A DNA stretch of 58,999 nt, from contig JYFJ02000570.1 of assembly GCA_000934665.2 (NCBI GenBank), forward strand, positions 62,001 to 120,999, read 5' to 3'. The translations under genes and the position numbers were made by a program. Within the stretch, counting starts at the first letter, position 1, and each line of letters opens with the position of its first letter. The stretch comes from Catajapyx aquilonaris. Taxonomy: Eukaryota. This document shows, piece by piece, positions 36,507 to 50,698 of this stretch. The notes under the pieces were generated by a model. The model was not told the DNA's origin. It was given only the letters and a program-made list of their open reading frames with translations, and searched no databases.

Positions 36507-39500
36507 TCACCGACTACTGCTTGTGGTGGTTGTCGTTGCCATTGACGAACTTGATGCAGTCACGGTCGATGTTGTCGTGGTTGTGCCATCCTCTGGCAAC
36601 TCCGTCACTCTGGCTCCTTTGTGAGGTGATACATCTCTCTGTTGTCTCTTCTCCATCTCAGCCTTCAAGTTTTCAATGTCTTGAGGACTGGAAAATTAGT
36701 TCACATGTAATAAATTATTCCAGTCATGAAATTTTCGAAGATCAAATCATTGCACCTGATCTGCACAAAGAGGATCCCGTTGATGACATTGAGCATGTCA
36801 AGGACGGAGCCCATGGACGGTGACTGTATCTGAATGGGAGGCAAGCAGGCACCTGGCTTCCCAGCATAGAGGTCGTTCATCTTCTTTTGCATGACCACAG
36901 CCTGCTGCGTGAGGTGTCGCAGACACTCTGATGACTCCTTCGTTTTCTCATGATCCTCACCTAACTGCCCTCTGTAAATGGCATATGTTTCCTTCTCGTT
37001 CTGGAGAGCAGAACGGAAGTCACCCATGCAGCTCTGCGTTCGGGCCACCAGATGATAGCTCACTGCCACTTTCAGTGAACGTTGTCCATAGTACTTCAGG
37101 TTGAGGGTGAGAGCCTTCTCCAAGAAGCGCAGAGATAGGTCATATTCACCCACAGCATGCAGGATTAGGCCTATGTTGCTCTAGAAATTCAAGAAAATTG
37201 AGGTGTAATTAACTGCATTATTTACAGTGTGCTCCAGAACTACAATTTCAAACTACTTGCTTCCACCAACCCCAAATGATAATTATGACATTCAAATCAT
37301 TAGCTATGAATTAACTAGGTCTACTCACATCAAGGAGGGCCACATCTGGATGGTTCTCACCACACACAAGCAGAGTGAGGTAGCGAGCACGATAAAGCAA
37401 CTTAAGCGCAGTGGTGACTTGACTGTTGGCAAAGCAATAGAGGGCCAGATGCGTCTGTAAAAACAAATACAATTATTAATGCTGAACCATCAAATTGAGT
37501 AGTTTCTGCACATGCATACATATTCAGTGATGGTGTATGGATGATCAATTCCGTTGACCCTTTCAGACATGAGAACAGCCTTCTGCTGAAAGACCATAGC
37601 TTCCAAGTGGTCGCCCATTATGTAGTTGAGTCTTGCCAGCATCCTCAGGCACTGGGCAATCTCAGGATGCATGGCCCCATACACATTGTTTAGGAGGTTG
37701 AGGGCCTCACTGATCAGCTCATAGCCTTCCTTGAGGTAGCCTTGCTGGATCTTACTCTGTCCAGAAGTGTAGAAGTTGTAAGCATCTGAAGCCTGTGGAA
37801 ATTCAACGAAATTAATAACCCTATCCTTCTGTGTAGCAAAAGTTAGGCCAGAGAAAAATGCCCAGCCATACAGAACAAGAGTGTGTTCTCTGGTCTGGCT
37901 ACGTCATTGTTCAGGCAGTTCCCCTGTGATGACACCCACTAATAGCTACTAGTATTAAGCAACATATCTGGAATGACGTAGCCAGTCCAAAGAGGCAGTG
38001 GCAAAGCAGGTGAAAACAAATCATGCACTAAGATGCCATCTAAAGAGTGTAAGAAGGTCTCCCTTACAACGTTGGGAGTCTCGACAGAGGAAACCAGTCG
38101 GGAGGGATGTAGGTAATCACAGCCCTGTAATAAGGTGAGAAATCCTCAAAAGAGACACCCCCCGTTGCAATACCCTTGCCCCAAAATAAGCCAGAAATGA
38201 ACTAAAAAAAATACAGGCAGGCAGTGGTATTTATGTGAATTTCACGACATAGACACAGAGTACTAACCCTGGGATTGATGTGCTTGACCACAGGGAAGAT
38301 GTTGAGGATGTCCTCCTCGTGGAAGGTCTGTCGGTTCTTGGACTCAAAGACGTACTCTCTAAGCAGTATCTGAACCCCGGTCTTGATGCAGAAAGAGCGT
38401 AGAAGTGACATTTTCTGAAGGCTGTACCTGTCTGCTGCCTGGTCCACAGAATCAGCCTCCAGGTCCCAGTCATAATAAGCCTGGAGCTCTTCTTTCATCT
38501 GGGCCCAGAGAGACTTCTGGGTCAATGTTGTCCACTCCAGGCTCTCAGTAAACATGGTAAGACCATCCCTGCCCTTGCGCTTGTTACGACGCTTGGCACC
38601 TTTGCTCAGGAGCTGGTGAAATGTCAAGCATGGATTCACTTCACTGATAGATAATCCAGAAAGGATTATTTTCATTACACAATTAGCTTGCTTACAGATT
38701 ATTTGTATTTTAAAAAAATAGTGGGAGATGATCATAGGTGATGTTTTATGATGTCATTTAATAATTAACCATCAATCATATACACCAACAGTACCATAGT
38801 TCTTAAATGAGAATTAATACTAATAAGTTGAATTGCACTTAAATATCAGGCAATAACGGTTCATTCCCCCAATGGAAATAGTTTATTGTTGTAGCTCAAT
38901 GGCCACTGTTTCATAAAGGAAACTGGCCTGTAAGTCAGAAGTCAGAGACCTCTGTCAGGTAAAAAGACTGCGAGATAGATCATATTATTGCACAGGTGTT
39001 CAATACAGAGAGAGAAACCTGTAGCATAGCCTGGCATGCTTAAATTTCAATAAAAAAACAACTGACAATCTTTCAAACAGTGATCATGCAGCACACTTGT
39101 ACAAACCTCGTCAGCAGCGGAAGCAAATGGACAGCTGACATGCCCTGAAGAGAGGAAGCAGTTGAGGAAGTGGCTGATTGCCACACTAAGGCTCATCATC
39201 TCCACCCCTTGCAGGTATGAGGTGAAGACATGTTTCGCTGCACGGGTGATCAACTCGGAAGCTGCTATGCTATGCACATATTCCAAGTTGGCGCGTCCTT
39301 GAAGAATTTTGGCAATCTGGCCTAGGTAGCGAATGTTGATCCCACGATTGTGCAGGGCATCCGACAGAGTCAGACCATCCAGTGGAGAGGTAGAGTGGTC
39401 CACACATTCCCGGATCTACATGTAAATAAAATGAAGACATGAAACATTTCCCTCCTGGGAAAGCATTGTAAACCCCACCATATTGACTCATAAGTCATAT

Positions 39501-42500
39501 GCCACAACACATTAGTGGTACTCACAAAAGCTGGTATCTGCACTGTAACAAGGAAGTCAGCCCCATCTTTGACCAGCTGCCTCTCTTTCTTCAGCCTCTC
39601 GCCAGAAGGATCAACATGGCGAACACCAGGGGAGTACACATCAGGGTTAAAGCGAATGTCAAACTCGGTCTCCTTCAAGGAGCCAACGGCTTGAGCAGCT
39701 TTCCGAATAATTTCTTTGGTACTCTCTTCCACTGCGAAATTTTTAAAAAATAAATCATTATTATGTTATGGTATCAATGACTTTGATAGAGTAAGCTGCC
39801 TTACTCTCTTGCTTTTCCCCACTGGTGATTGAGTCAGTAATGCTCTCCAGGATCATCTTGGCTTCATCTACCTCCAGCTGCCCTTCTTCCTTTTCCTTGT
39901 TTGCTTCCAAGTCTTTGCAGACCAAACTCCTATTGTTATCAGGCACTTCTGTAATGCTCTTCGTTTCCTTCTCATCATCTTTTTCTTTCTGTCTCAGTTC
40001 TCTCTCCTGACTCTCCCTTGCTTCTTTCTCACGCTGCTTCTTCTGGCCCAATTGCTGAAGCTGAACAGCCGCAAATTTTATAAACATCATGTAGCGTGAC
40101 CTGAAAATAAGACAATGTACAGTTAGTATTTATATGAAAATAAACAAATCCAAAAAAGGGGGAAAAAAAATAATATTCCATGCTCTTCCTATGTGAGCCT
40201 CTGATGTTTAATCACTTCAATCAAGCGAGGAAGTACTCGTACAATACTGTAATGTGTAAAACGTTATTCAAGGAAAGAGAGTATGTGCAAATAATAGTTT
40301 TTCACAATATTTTTTCTCCATCCTACATGTACTCAGCATGCTACATATGCCAACTCATACTCACTCAACAAAAGCATCAATCAACTCTTGGCGCAGGCAG
40401 CACAGCTTGTGCTTGTGCTCAATAGGAAAACCAAGAGCTTGTGATTCCTTACTCAGTTCCTCCCCTTCCACTGGAAAATACAAATTTTGGCATTAGTCTG
40501 AATCAGATTCAGCTCCAAGCTTTTCACAAAAACTCACATCTGAGAAAGTTTACATCAGGCGGGAATGTGCGCAACAGGTCTAAGATGTAATGTCGGCTGT
40601 CATTCCCCACAATTCCTTTGCATTCCACAGAGGAGCAGAGCTCAATCTCTTCCCCCTTGTCATTGAGCACTTTGTGAGGTAGTATCTTCAGCTGTTGTCC
40701 TGCTTTGCTGAGCAGATCCATGTATTTTGGGCTTGTAACCACAGTCTTTCCAAAGTCAATAGATCCGTACACCACAGACTGCTCCTGTTCTCGGTCCAGT
40801 ATTCCTGGTATTATGGACTGTGCGGTAATCCTGTACCCCCTGTAATCTATCACAACTGTCCCTAGAGTGTACAGCCCCTCGAGATCCACCACACTGTAGA
40901 CGCGGACTCCTTGCAAATCGTTTCTCTGTCAACAAAGAAGAGTGTCGGGGATGGGGTCATTGGGTGTTGGAAGGGGAGGGCAAAACAGGGGCGAGATTAA
41001 TCTTCCTTTAGTACAGGCAGGGTGTGGATTGAGAATCTCTTACGAAAGGCTTCCTACAGGCGCAACAAAGGCGGCGGAATCCCCACCCAGCTCCTTGTAG
41101 TGGTCCCGCACATCAAATCCAAGGGAGAAAAATATGTTGTTCCAGATGAACATCTGCATCTTGGCCTCCTCTCCAGGGTTGATGGCCATCACATTGCCAT
41201 CTACAACTGCCACTGCACCACGAGTAGCTGCTGCTACAAAGTCGCTATGCACCTGCCAAAAGACAGATTTGCAAAAATGAAGTCAGTTGATGGATCATAT
41301 CTAAAAGTTGCAAGAAAGGCAGCAATGAACTTGGATCTTCAAAATACCAATTTTACCAAGCTCGGTACTGTACCATGACTTTATTATGCAGAAAATTATT
41401 ATCTAATCACTAATAGGTAGGCAGTACTTTTGGTACCCAATGTAAAAAAACAAGTCCATCTCATTATCATCCAGCATACAAGTATATCAATAAAATTATA
41501 CAGAGTGCAGAAAACAACAGCACATCCACTGATGGGTGTGTCTCCATTTCAATTCATTACTTACTTGACTTCATTAAAAAGAAGAAGGATCTTCATTCCA
41601 TTAGTCATATACAGGGTGGTCCAACATCAAGTGTCGTTTTATAACGGCTATTAATAGAAGCGCTTTACGATTGACGTAGCAGCGACGTGTAAAATTGCCC
41701 ACTTCGATGGCGCCGAAGATGCGCCGAAGTGGGACATTTTACGCGTTGCTGCTACGTCATCGCAAAATCACTGCTATTAATCGCCGTTATAAAACGACAC
41801 TTGATGTTGGACCACCCTGTATATGTGAAACATTCAAGAGGATTTTGGCAATATAATATACTGTATTGTTACACTTCCTTACAGTACATACATTCCATTA
41901 ATTAAAGTGTGACGCACATCATGGACTATAATAATCTTCGATCAAAGATGTACCAACCAATTATGATTAGCTCATGCCTACCTTAAATATGGCTCTCTCC
42001 CTCAACAGTCTCTCAGGTAGATTCTTGCGTGGCAGTTCTCGTGTGGTCTGAAGTTCCTCATTCCAATCCCTAGTTTGTCCAGGGATATGCTCCTCATAGC
42101 CCAACTTTGATGAAAAAGCTAACCACCCAAATAAATGCATTTAATTTGATCACAAGGGCCCTTTAAACATGCAATATCTCACCATCTTCAGCCCGAATAG
42201 CATCGATGGTATGGTCCATCTGCAGTGCACACCATGCATACACCTGGTATGGTGTAGCCACCCTCTCAAATGGGTGCCTCTGTGTACGCTTCTTCTGCAG
42301 CATGGAAAAGTTGCGCTTGAACCCAGGACTAATCTGATTAAGAAGCTCAATCAAGGAGTGGCTCAGATGACTTGGATTGTTTGGCTTTGGGTTGAACAGC
42401 TCCTTTGTGGACCTGTACAAAAAAATATGCAATTGTCAACATGTCTAGTAATTGTGCCATAGTCCGTAAGGATTACTGTAAATACCACAGCTCTCAAGCA

Positions 42501-45500
42501 GCCAGCTGTTATGAAATATTTCACCACTTGTTCATTTCATAATAAATCTCCAACACTTTGAATCCTATGAGTAGCTTTTTATTCATACACTTTCCCCTGC
42601 TTCCAAAAATCAAGTTCTCATGTGAAAAACTCAAAAACTTACTGGTTAATGTAAAATCCGCGTGGGCAGGCAGTGATGTGAAATTGCTTGTCCTCCAAAG
42701 TGACAACATAGAGATACATAAGATCTCCATGTAGCTTTCGATATCCTGGAGGAGGATTCCACCCTGAGGTTGTGAGTACCTTAACGCATAGGGGACCCTT
42801 CTGCTCCTTGGCTTGGGGCTGAAGGGGGAGGAGGGGACGCTCCTTGCATCCAGGCATTATGAAGTCAGGAGGAGTACAATCCACACTTTCTGGCCTCATG
42901 CGTTTCTTCTCTGTAAAGAACAAAACTCTGGTTACACAGTATACGCAATTACCTGGGACAATAGATACCAGACTACATCTGAATAATCCATTCACCCCAT
43001 AAAGAACCCACCAAAAAAACATACTCCAAAAACTTTTGCTTTCTTGGTTAAACGTACCTAAAATGTCACCCTGAGTAACAACATTGAGGAAAGACAGTGA
43101 GCTGCAGTCCAATCCATTGTAGGCATCAGCAGGATCAAGAGACTTTAACAAGTCACGAACATGGCGCACATGGATCTTGGCTTCCCGCACTGTGTATGGC
43201 TCTTCCACAACCTGATTATGTATTATGTAAATATCCTGACCTACAGCTCTCATGAAAACCACATTTACCTTGATAATTGAGCCTTCCTTGAGACCTTCAA
43301 TGTTCTTGAGCTCAGCAAAGCTATCCAGTGTATTTCCACTTAGTTGCAGTGAGAAGCAAGTTCGATGACACGTGTCTTCCCTGTCCATTAAAAGCTGGTG
43401 GATTTCCTGGACTAGTTCCATGCTGGATACCTGAAATTGTATATTAGAAATTTATTTGCAACCACCCTTATATATAAATGGCAATATTTGTACATATGTA
43501 TGTATGTGCAGGACAGAGAGAGAGGCAGATACCCTTGCAAGCATGACTACTGGTGTCAACCTATGCATTACTGTGGAAGAGATATTTGCCAAGCTTGTAG
43601 TTCGGCACTTGGAGTTCGGGTGTGCATTTCCGGATGCTGGTTCTTCTCGCTGGCCTGTGGGTGTTCTGGTCGTTTGGAGGTGAATATTCCAGTCATGAGC
43701 TACTTGGAGGAATTTAATAGTTGCTGATTCCTCTTCCAGGGGGGTGGGGGGGGGGGGACACTTGATTTCGCAAAGTCTCGCGTTGTATAGTGTAATATTT
43801 AAATTTAATATTGAGTGTTTGTCGTCTGAGATGGGCAGGGGTGGGGGGCAGGACGGGTTGTTTATAGGTTTATTTTAACAAGTTTTAATTTAGTTCATAT
43901 TTTGGGTTAGCTTGTGGTTCCCGTCATCGCTGACTACCCCTTAGGGAAATGTCGTGATGGTGGTGGTGATGATGATGATGAATGTATGTATGTATGTATG
44001 TCACACGCATTTAACCCACTTCCACACGTCTGAGAGACCTGAGGCTTGGCACACTCATGCCTTACATTTTACTGATTCCAGGAAAAGTCCTAAAACCGCA
44101 CTTTGTTGAGTCTAAATGCCCAAAATTCCAGTTTATTTTCATATTGTTGTCTTATCTGCGGCCACTGTTACCATGACACTACATAGCGATGAAGGTTGCA
44201 TAGTAATGAATGTAAATAAAAAGTGTTCTGAGGTAGAAATCAGCCCCCCTGCAACTCCCTATCTAGCCATATGGGGAAGGGCGTGAGCTTCGTTGCGCTC
44301 CCCCCCACGGTAGAATGTTCTATTTGGCGCTGGCGTCGCTCCACAGAGCACAACTTTGACGTCATGTCGGTCGTGCAGTTTTTTTTTGTTTTTTTTGTTT
44401 GCCCAAGGCAACGGGATTTTGTTGGTGATTACCATGGAAACAGGCTGTGCGAAGAACGGGCTCTGCCGCAAGTGTTTTCATATGCTTCTCAATTGCCCAT
44501 TTGCCATTTACAAACTGTCATGCCAACATACTTCAGTGCAATCAAAAGTGAAAGTGTTTTAATATGGCTGATGCAATGAATAAAATTAATATCTGTATTA
44601 ACATGTTATACCATTAAATGTAGTAGTGAAGGGGGGTTCACATGCTTCAGAGAAATGCCTTCCTCATTTGCTTGCAAGCCTGGGATGTACCTCCTTCTAT
44701 AAAGGGTGGCAGGAAGGCAATTCTTGCAAGCTTGTGAAGCCACCTTGAATGCTATTAGAACACTGATAGAGCTTACCTGAATATCAAAGGCATCTGTTCC
44801 TGCAGCTGAGACCTTGACAGTAAATCCCATATCCTGTATGAAAACTACTTCTTGGTCATCTTTTTTTTCTTCTTCCTTCTCCTCCTTTGCCTTGTCTTCA
44901 GAGGAAGCTGATGATTCTCCATCAATACTCTTTGTTTCTTCACTCTTCACACTTCCAGTGCCATCCTTATTTGGTTCTGCTTCATCTTCTTGGTCTGTCT
45001 TCTTGGAACACACCTCATCTGATACTTTCACATCTGCTGTGGTAGTATCTTTCATGGTAGCTGCAGAAGACAATATTTCACAATCAATACTGGCTAACAC
45101 ACATGCTATAGGTGGTATGGTATAAAAAAATCCGGTGATTTCCTTTCCTCATTAGCCTTCCCAGTTCTCAGAACCTTGCCAAATTCATTATTGTTCCCAT
45201 GTGACATATATTCCCAAATGATGAAAAGCACACAGTCATAAAACATCATCAAGAATATTTATGGTCTTGAAAAGGCTTGGCAAATAATCTTCAAGGACAT
45301 CAGGAAGACTCTCATTTCATCCATGTGCATTTGATGTTCAGAACACCCAGTTGTTTTCCCCTCCAATTCCTTTATTCTCACTCAGAACAATTGTTATTCT
45401 AAACAAATCTTAACTGTACGCAATATTCCCAACCCTGTTGCATGTTACTTTCAAATCTTCATGCAGAAAGGGTACAAATTTGTAGTGTTGTAATCTTTAC

Positions 45501-48500
45501 TGGCATTGCATAACAACATTTACGTTTAAATTCTTACAGGAATCGTGTAGTCATAAGAGACTTACCAATGCATATCAGAACATGCTTCACATGCGTAATG
45601 ACAAGTGGAAAAATTAATAATTGCAGTTTTTTAAATACTGCCTCATTGACAGTACTGAACCCTTCAAAGACAACAATTTTCTTAGCCTGTTTATGAATGT
45701 AAGTTAATGCATGATTTCCTAAATTAATTCATTTACAGTATATTTTATATTCAGGGGTGTTATTTTTTTCACTGTCTTATAGTTAAACTTGCCACAAAAT
45801 TTAATATATCGTGTTGCTACCAAATTTATTGTTACACACAAAATTTCTACACTCTTCATTTGCATTTGAAGTGAATTTTAAAAAATCCAATGGCAGATGA
45901 GGAATGGTGAAGTCCTGCTGAACTCCACTGTCCACTAATTAATAATTGGCACACCGCACTGGTAGAAAATATGGTTCTCTTACACATGGCTACATCACAC
46001 AGAATTATTAATTTTTTCTACTCCTCTGTGACACACACACAAATGGAAACAAATAAGATGTAGGGTTCCAGTTGCTCACAGCAATACCAATACTTTGTAA
46101 CTGGGTTGTGCCATGCATATTATTTGCATCTACTTGTACATTTGTCCCCTTGTGCACAAATCTCCACCAGTGATGCCAATGCAATGCACTGGTCAGATTA
46201 GAACCTTCAGCAATTCAAGCCTTGAGTTCAGTTTACTTTGCAACTATCAGGATATGTCAATAATAACTGAGAGATTACTGGTATAGCAATTATTTTTATA
46301 GAGCTCCCTTTTAGCCCTACCAAATTCATACATATCAGATCATGCAGTTGTGCATAACAATGTGTAATAGCAGCTCTTGGTAATAGCAATGATGGATTCT
46401 AACACAAATGTAAAAAGGTGTGCATCACCAATTCCTCAGATAGTATCCATAATGCAGCAGGAAAAGGCAAATAAAATTAAGCAATAAAACAAAAAATAAA
46501 TAAAAATAAAAATGACATAACAGGCGACACAGCAATGGCATGCAACCAAATTTAAGGTGATAATTTCAAATATTATTTACGTCCATTTTACTACGCCTGT
46601 CAAATTGCAACTACGCACTTCATTTCCTCGCATATGCTAAATGAATAATTGGCAATAGCTCTAATCAGCTAATGTCCCAGTACAATTAACTACCCTTATG
46701 CAAGTCAAGTTTTTAAATAATTCTCATACAATTCATCCTTACTCAACACTGCCCTCATTTCTTTCGATTTCATAACAACAGTGACAGACACTGACATAAA
46801 CTCAGACTTGTGACATTAATATCCTCACTGAAATATTTACACATCGCTACAGACTACCAGGCTGGCATAGCAGCCGCACTAACACATTTCTTCATTTTAT
46901 TTATCCTGAGAATATAAGAAATGGTTGTTACAAAACAAACCACTCTATACGGCTGGTTTTCCTTTAAGGAAAGAATAAAGCCTGTCAGCCAAAAGGCCAC
47001 ATTTATTTTTTTAACTTTACATCGCATCCTCATATTTACACTATAACTCTATATAATTCCGCGCAAAATCCGCGCATATATTAAACCTGAATGCTTCACT
47101 GCAGCGTGCAAACGAGTCCCGGCGAGACACGTGCTCCTCCTCACCTCGCCAGTTTCCTACGCAACAATGGTCCGTTTCAAGGCCCCCACGTGTTCCGACC
47201 AGCCTGGAGTCCCCCAGTGGACGTGGAGTCGCGATGGTAACCCCCGTGGAAAGAAATATCCCCCTCCGGGAAGAGAAACGGGGCGAGCAAGTCACGTGGA
47301 AGCGACTGAACGCACCAACCGGTGTTGTCAAAGTGACGCTCACGCACCCGCGAAAATCTACGGTGCACCGAGTGCTTGCACAATCACGCACTTCTACAAA
47401 TCCCGCCAAAATTCGCACCCGTGCCAACCACACGCTGTTGCCTTATATTCCCCCCCCCCTCCTTTTTTAAATGCCGATAACTAACCACCGGGTAGAAAAT
47501 GATGTAGCAACATCTGCTCGACCTTGCAGTCAAGGCACATATTGCGTGTGACGCAACCTGTGACGCTAGAGGAGCAAGTCTACACACTCGCACATCATAG
47601 GGAGTTTTCTTCCGCCTTTAATTCGACCGGTACGTGAGCCGTACGCACGCAACAAGTAGGTTTATTATGCGTGCACGAAGCACTTTGGATGAAGCTTACG
47701 GCCATCGCATTATTTGCACAGATCGATTAGCGGCCTCCATAATGATAGCGGCCGGTTTATCGCCGCTGATAATAATGTTATTGCCTAATGGGATAAGCAT
47801 ACTACTTGTAATACTCGAGTGCCTATGCAGAAAAATCCGCCTTTGACATGAATGACACAAGTTGCATATTATTCCGAAATAACCGCATCTATACTGTAAA
47901 TACTGCACTTGTAACGAAAATATGTGATAAGGCTGTCTGTGGCAACCAGGAAGTCACTGCTTACATAACTCACACATTACACCTATGTATCAACGCATCG
48001 GCCTGTACCGGCTATACTCATCGTCCTACATAATCACAAGAAACCAGCACCAATTACGCGTGATTGGCTCCATCTTTGGTCTCCGGCGACGAAAACATGT
48101 CAATCAGCACCCCCCCCCCCCNAAAAAAAACATCTAATTCTCCCCCCATCATCCGGATAATAAACAACCTCTATTCGTCTTCTAGTTAATTCCATCAGCC
48201 TTGATCTCACACGGAAGGAGAAAAAAAAACCCATGGCACCGGGAAGTCGCTTCCTGCACCATCTCCCTGTGGCTGCTTATGTAAGGTTATCTCAAGGTGT
48301 TGCACCCTACCAGTATGGACAATCGCAATCCTCGACAGCTATATGTTATGTAGGTGTTCATAAGCACAGCCCCAGGTCATGAGGGAGGCGACGCTCTTTT
48401 AAAATAGGACCTCCGGAAATACCTCCTGGGAAGTTAGCCAAGGATAAGAAAAAAAAGAGGGGGGGGGGTGGTTGATGGTGGGGCAACAGTGGGGGAGGTA

Positions 48501-50389
48501 GAATAGAACATTGAAACAACAGCAACATACATATTCCCCACATATGTCGTCATCACATCATGTATGATCCAGCAATTTGGCAACATTGCCACACCTGCTC
48601 ATACTCACCTGTCTACAATACACATATAAGCCGTGATAATGATTCCGTTGTGAGATGCTTCCAACACGAATTCTAAGAACACACTCTGGCACACATGCGC
48701 ACATATGTGCACGTTCGTGTCGTAAGAGTGCGCACCAATCCACACTACTTTTTTTGCCATGTGAGAGAATTGGCCTTAAATTAGATTGATCCATGCCTAT
48801 ATAAAAAGGATTCAATTTTAAGGTTGACGTCACACACTGGGTTCATGAGCAGTCACTGCAAATTGTGCAGGTACACACAACGATGCAAGGTCGTGCTAAT
48901 GGCACTTAACCCACCAGGCTAATTTTGTACCCGGTGAGTAATTCAAACTTTAGCCCCATCTATTATGAGCCGGCTCCAGTCAGCATACAGCACAATGTAT
49001 CACATTGTCTTTACACATAATAATGCGTATATTGACGTATATATCCCTGATGGCCATCCCTGTCACGGAATCGTTCCATTCCATAATGAATTCTGTCCCA
49101 TCCGTAAGTGATATCGACCTAGTGATAGTGGCGACATCTGCTGGCCTGATTTGAAACACCCAGCGACAGTGTCTCCCTCGCTCGGAACTTCAACGCATAT
49201 TTACGCTCTTAAACTTTGAACCGATGCTCCCAGTGACCCAAACACGACTAAAAATGCGACGCATCTCTTATCTATGTGTTCACAAGGAGGCCTCTTGTAG
49301 GTTGGGTGTAGCTTGGGGTCAGCGTGTGCATAACCTTAAAGAGACCTACTGCGACTGTCCTTTGACCACAACTGTCTTTTACATTTAAAAAAAAATAAAT
49401 GCTAATGAGGATGTTGGTTGGGAAGCCTACCAGTTAGCATGGTGCTAGGAATTTAAGAGGATGTGAGCTCGCATTAAGTCGCCTTCTTTTTCCTTGTGGG
49501 TTAATAAGATGGAAGACTGCGACCCAAGACTTGTTTTACAGCGACTTTCATTTTCATAAAATATCCGACACGTGTTGGCCAGACGAATATCAATCAGGTC
49601 CCCCCTTCTATATCGAACAAAAAACAGGGTGTACCCAGGGACCTTTGATGTATCCGATATGCCAGGGGTCTCAGCGGGTACAAATGTTAGACGGGCCCAG
49701 AACAAAAACCGAGTACGCAACACCTGACTGAATATGTATGAGCCGTACTGATCCGTCCCATAAATTATCATCGATTAAACGTTATTCATCCGAACTCATG
49801 CCGGTGACTTACTTTTGGCACCGACTAATATTACGACATTACTAGCAATAACAGCTCATTAGCGTGTCAACCCGACCACAGCTTCCGGTATGTATGCAGT
49901 ACACAGTACAGTCAACCTGTGGTTCGATCCATCACATGACCTCCATTGGCCTCTAGTGTACAAAAAAGGGCTGACCTACCGCAAAAGTGCGCGACAATCG
50001 CCAGGTACGCCCCTCGTTACATCATAAGGTTACGCGTACGGAAACCAGGTCAGTCCGTGTCACACCCCTGTGGCATAACCCGGGTTTGATAATAAAACCT
50101 TTTCCCCCCTGTAAAAGTGCCGGCATAGGGATGCGTGGGCGGGCCAGGGCGGGCCGTGCACCCCAGCCAAACCCTCCCCCGCGACTTTATCGAACCGACA
50201 GATCCGGATGAGCCTCGCCTTGGGTACATAGTAGCGCAGACTATAAATAGTGCCCATTTTCGTTCTATTTTTTTTTTCTTTCATTATGTGTGTTGCTCCC
50301 TCCCTCGTAAACGTACCTTGCGTGACCGGGGGCGGCCCGTGGGCCACTGCCGAGTCTCCCCCTGCCACATCCTCCACTTCCAAGCCCAT
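36507..50389 (-). CDS. clu: Clustered mitochondria protein homolog (clueless/CLUH), ~1385 aa
   Basis: 18 phase-consistent exons: 50389-50317, 45060-44777, 43430-43269, 43211-43058, 42910-42643, 42412-42183, 42118-41982, 41252-41058, 40925-40538, 40470-40365, 40100-39805, 39731-39526, 39415-39107, 38612-38268, 37792-37520, 37454-37329, 37180-36756, 36687-36507. Motifs [45 protein letters not shown] and TPR repeats. The first and last exons are less certain. Confidence 0.95.
37888..37994. repeat. Short intronic inverted repeat
   Basis: TGGTCTGGCTACGTCATT (37891-37908) vs AATGACGTAGCCAGTCCA (37972-37989), one mismatch. Confidence 0.6.
41612..41819. mobile_element. mariner-type palindromic MITE, 208 bp
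   Basis: TA-flanked; perfect 37-bp TIR CAGGGTGGTCCAACATCAAGTGTCGTTTTATAACGGC; the whole element is an imperfect palindrome. Confidence 0.9.
43509..43981 (+). mobile_element. 5'-truncated, decayed LINE 3' end (RNase H / CCHC-like remnants) in an (ATGT)n tract
   Basis: Peptide [13 protein letters not shown] (cf. RNase H GNE.AD.LAK) then VVRHLEFGC (cf. ETV.H.L..C); AT-rich 3' UTR; (GAT)n tail; ATGTATGTATGT on both flanks. Confidence 0.45.
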
Positions 50390-50698
50390 GGCACTCACTG
50401 GGTCGCACACTGCTGTTCAGACGGACGGGTGTTTCTCACTGGGTGCGAGCCAGCCACACACACACACACGATTCCGGTCAGGCAGTCAGCAGGAGGAGGG
50501 TGACCCAACCAGCATCGTCGTGTTCGATGGCCCGACTGGCTCTGCGCGCACGCCAACGGGGAGTTTCTGAACGCCGGTCCTGCCTTGCCCAGCCTTGCCT
50601 GCCTGCCTGCCTGCTTCAGCGGTTATCGAACGGAGATGGGGCTGCTGCGAACACACCCGCGCCATCTGTTGGGATCAGTAAGAAGAATTAACTGCGGA

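Noticed and set aside
36447..36509. Stop-codon readthrough extension of clueless (19 codons to the next TGA)
   Set aside because: The context is UGA-G rather than the leaky UGA-C, and a 19-codon open stretch is expected by chance.
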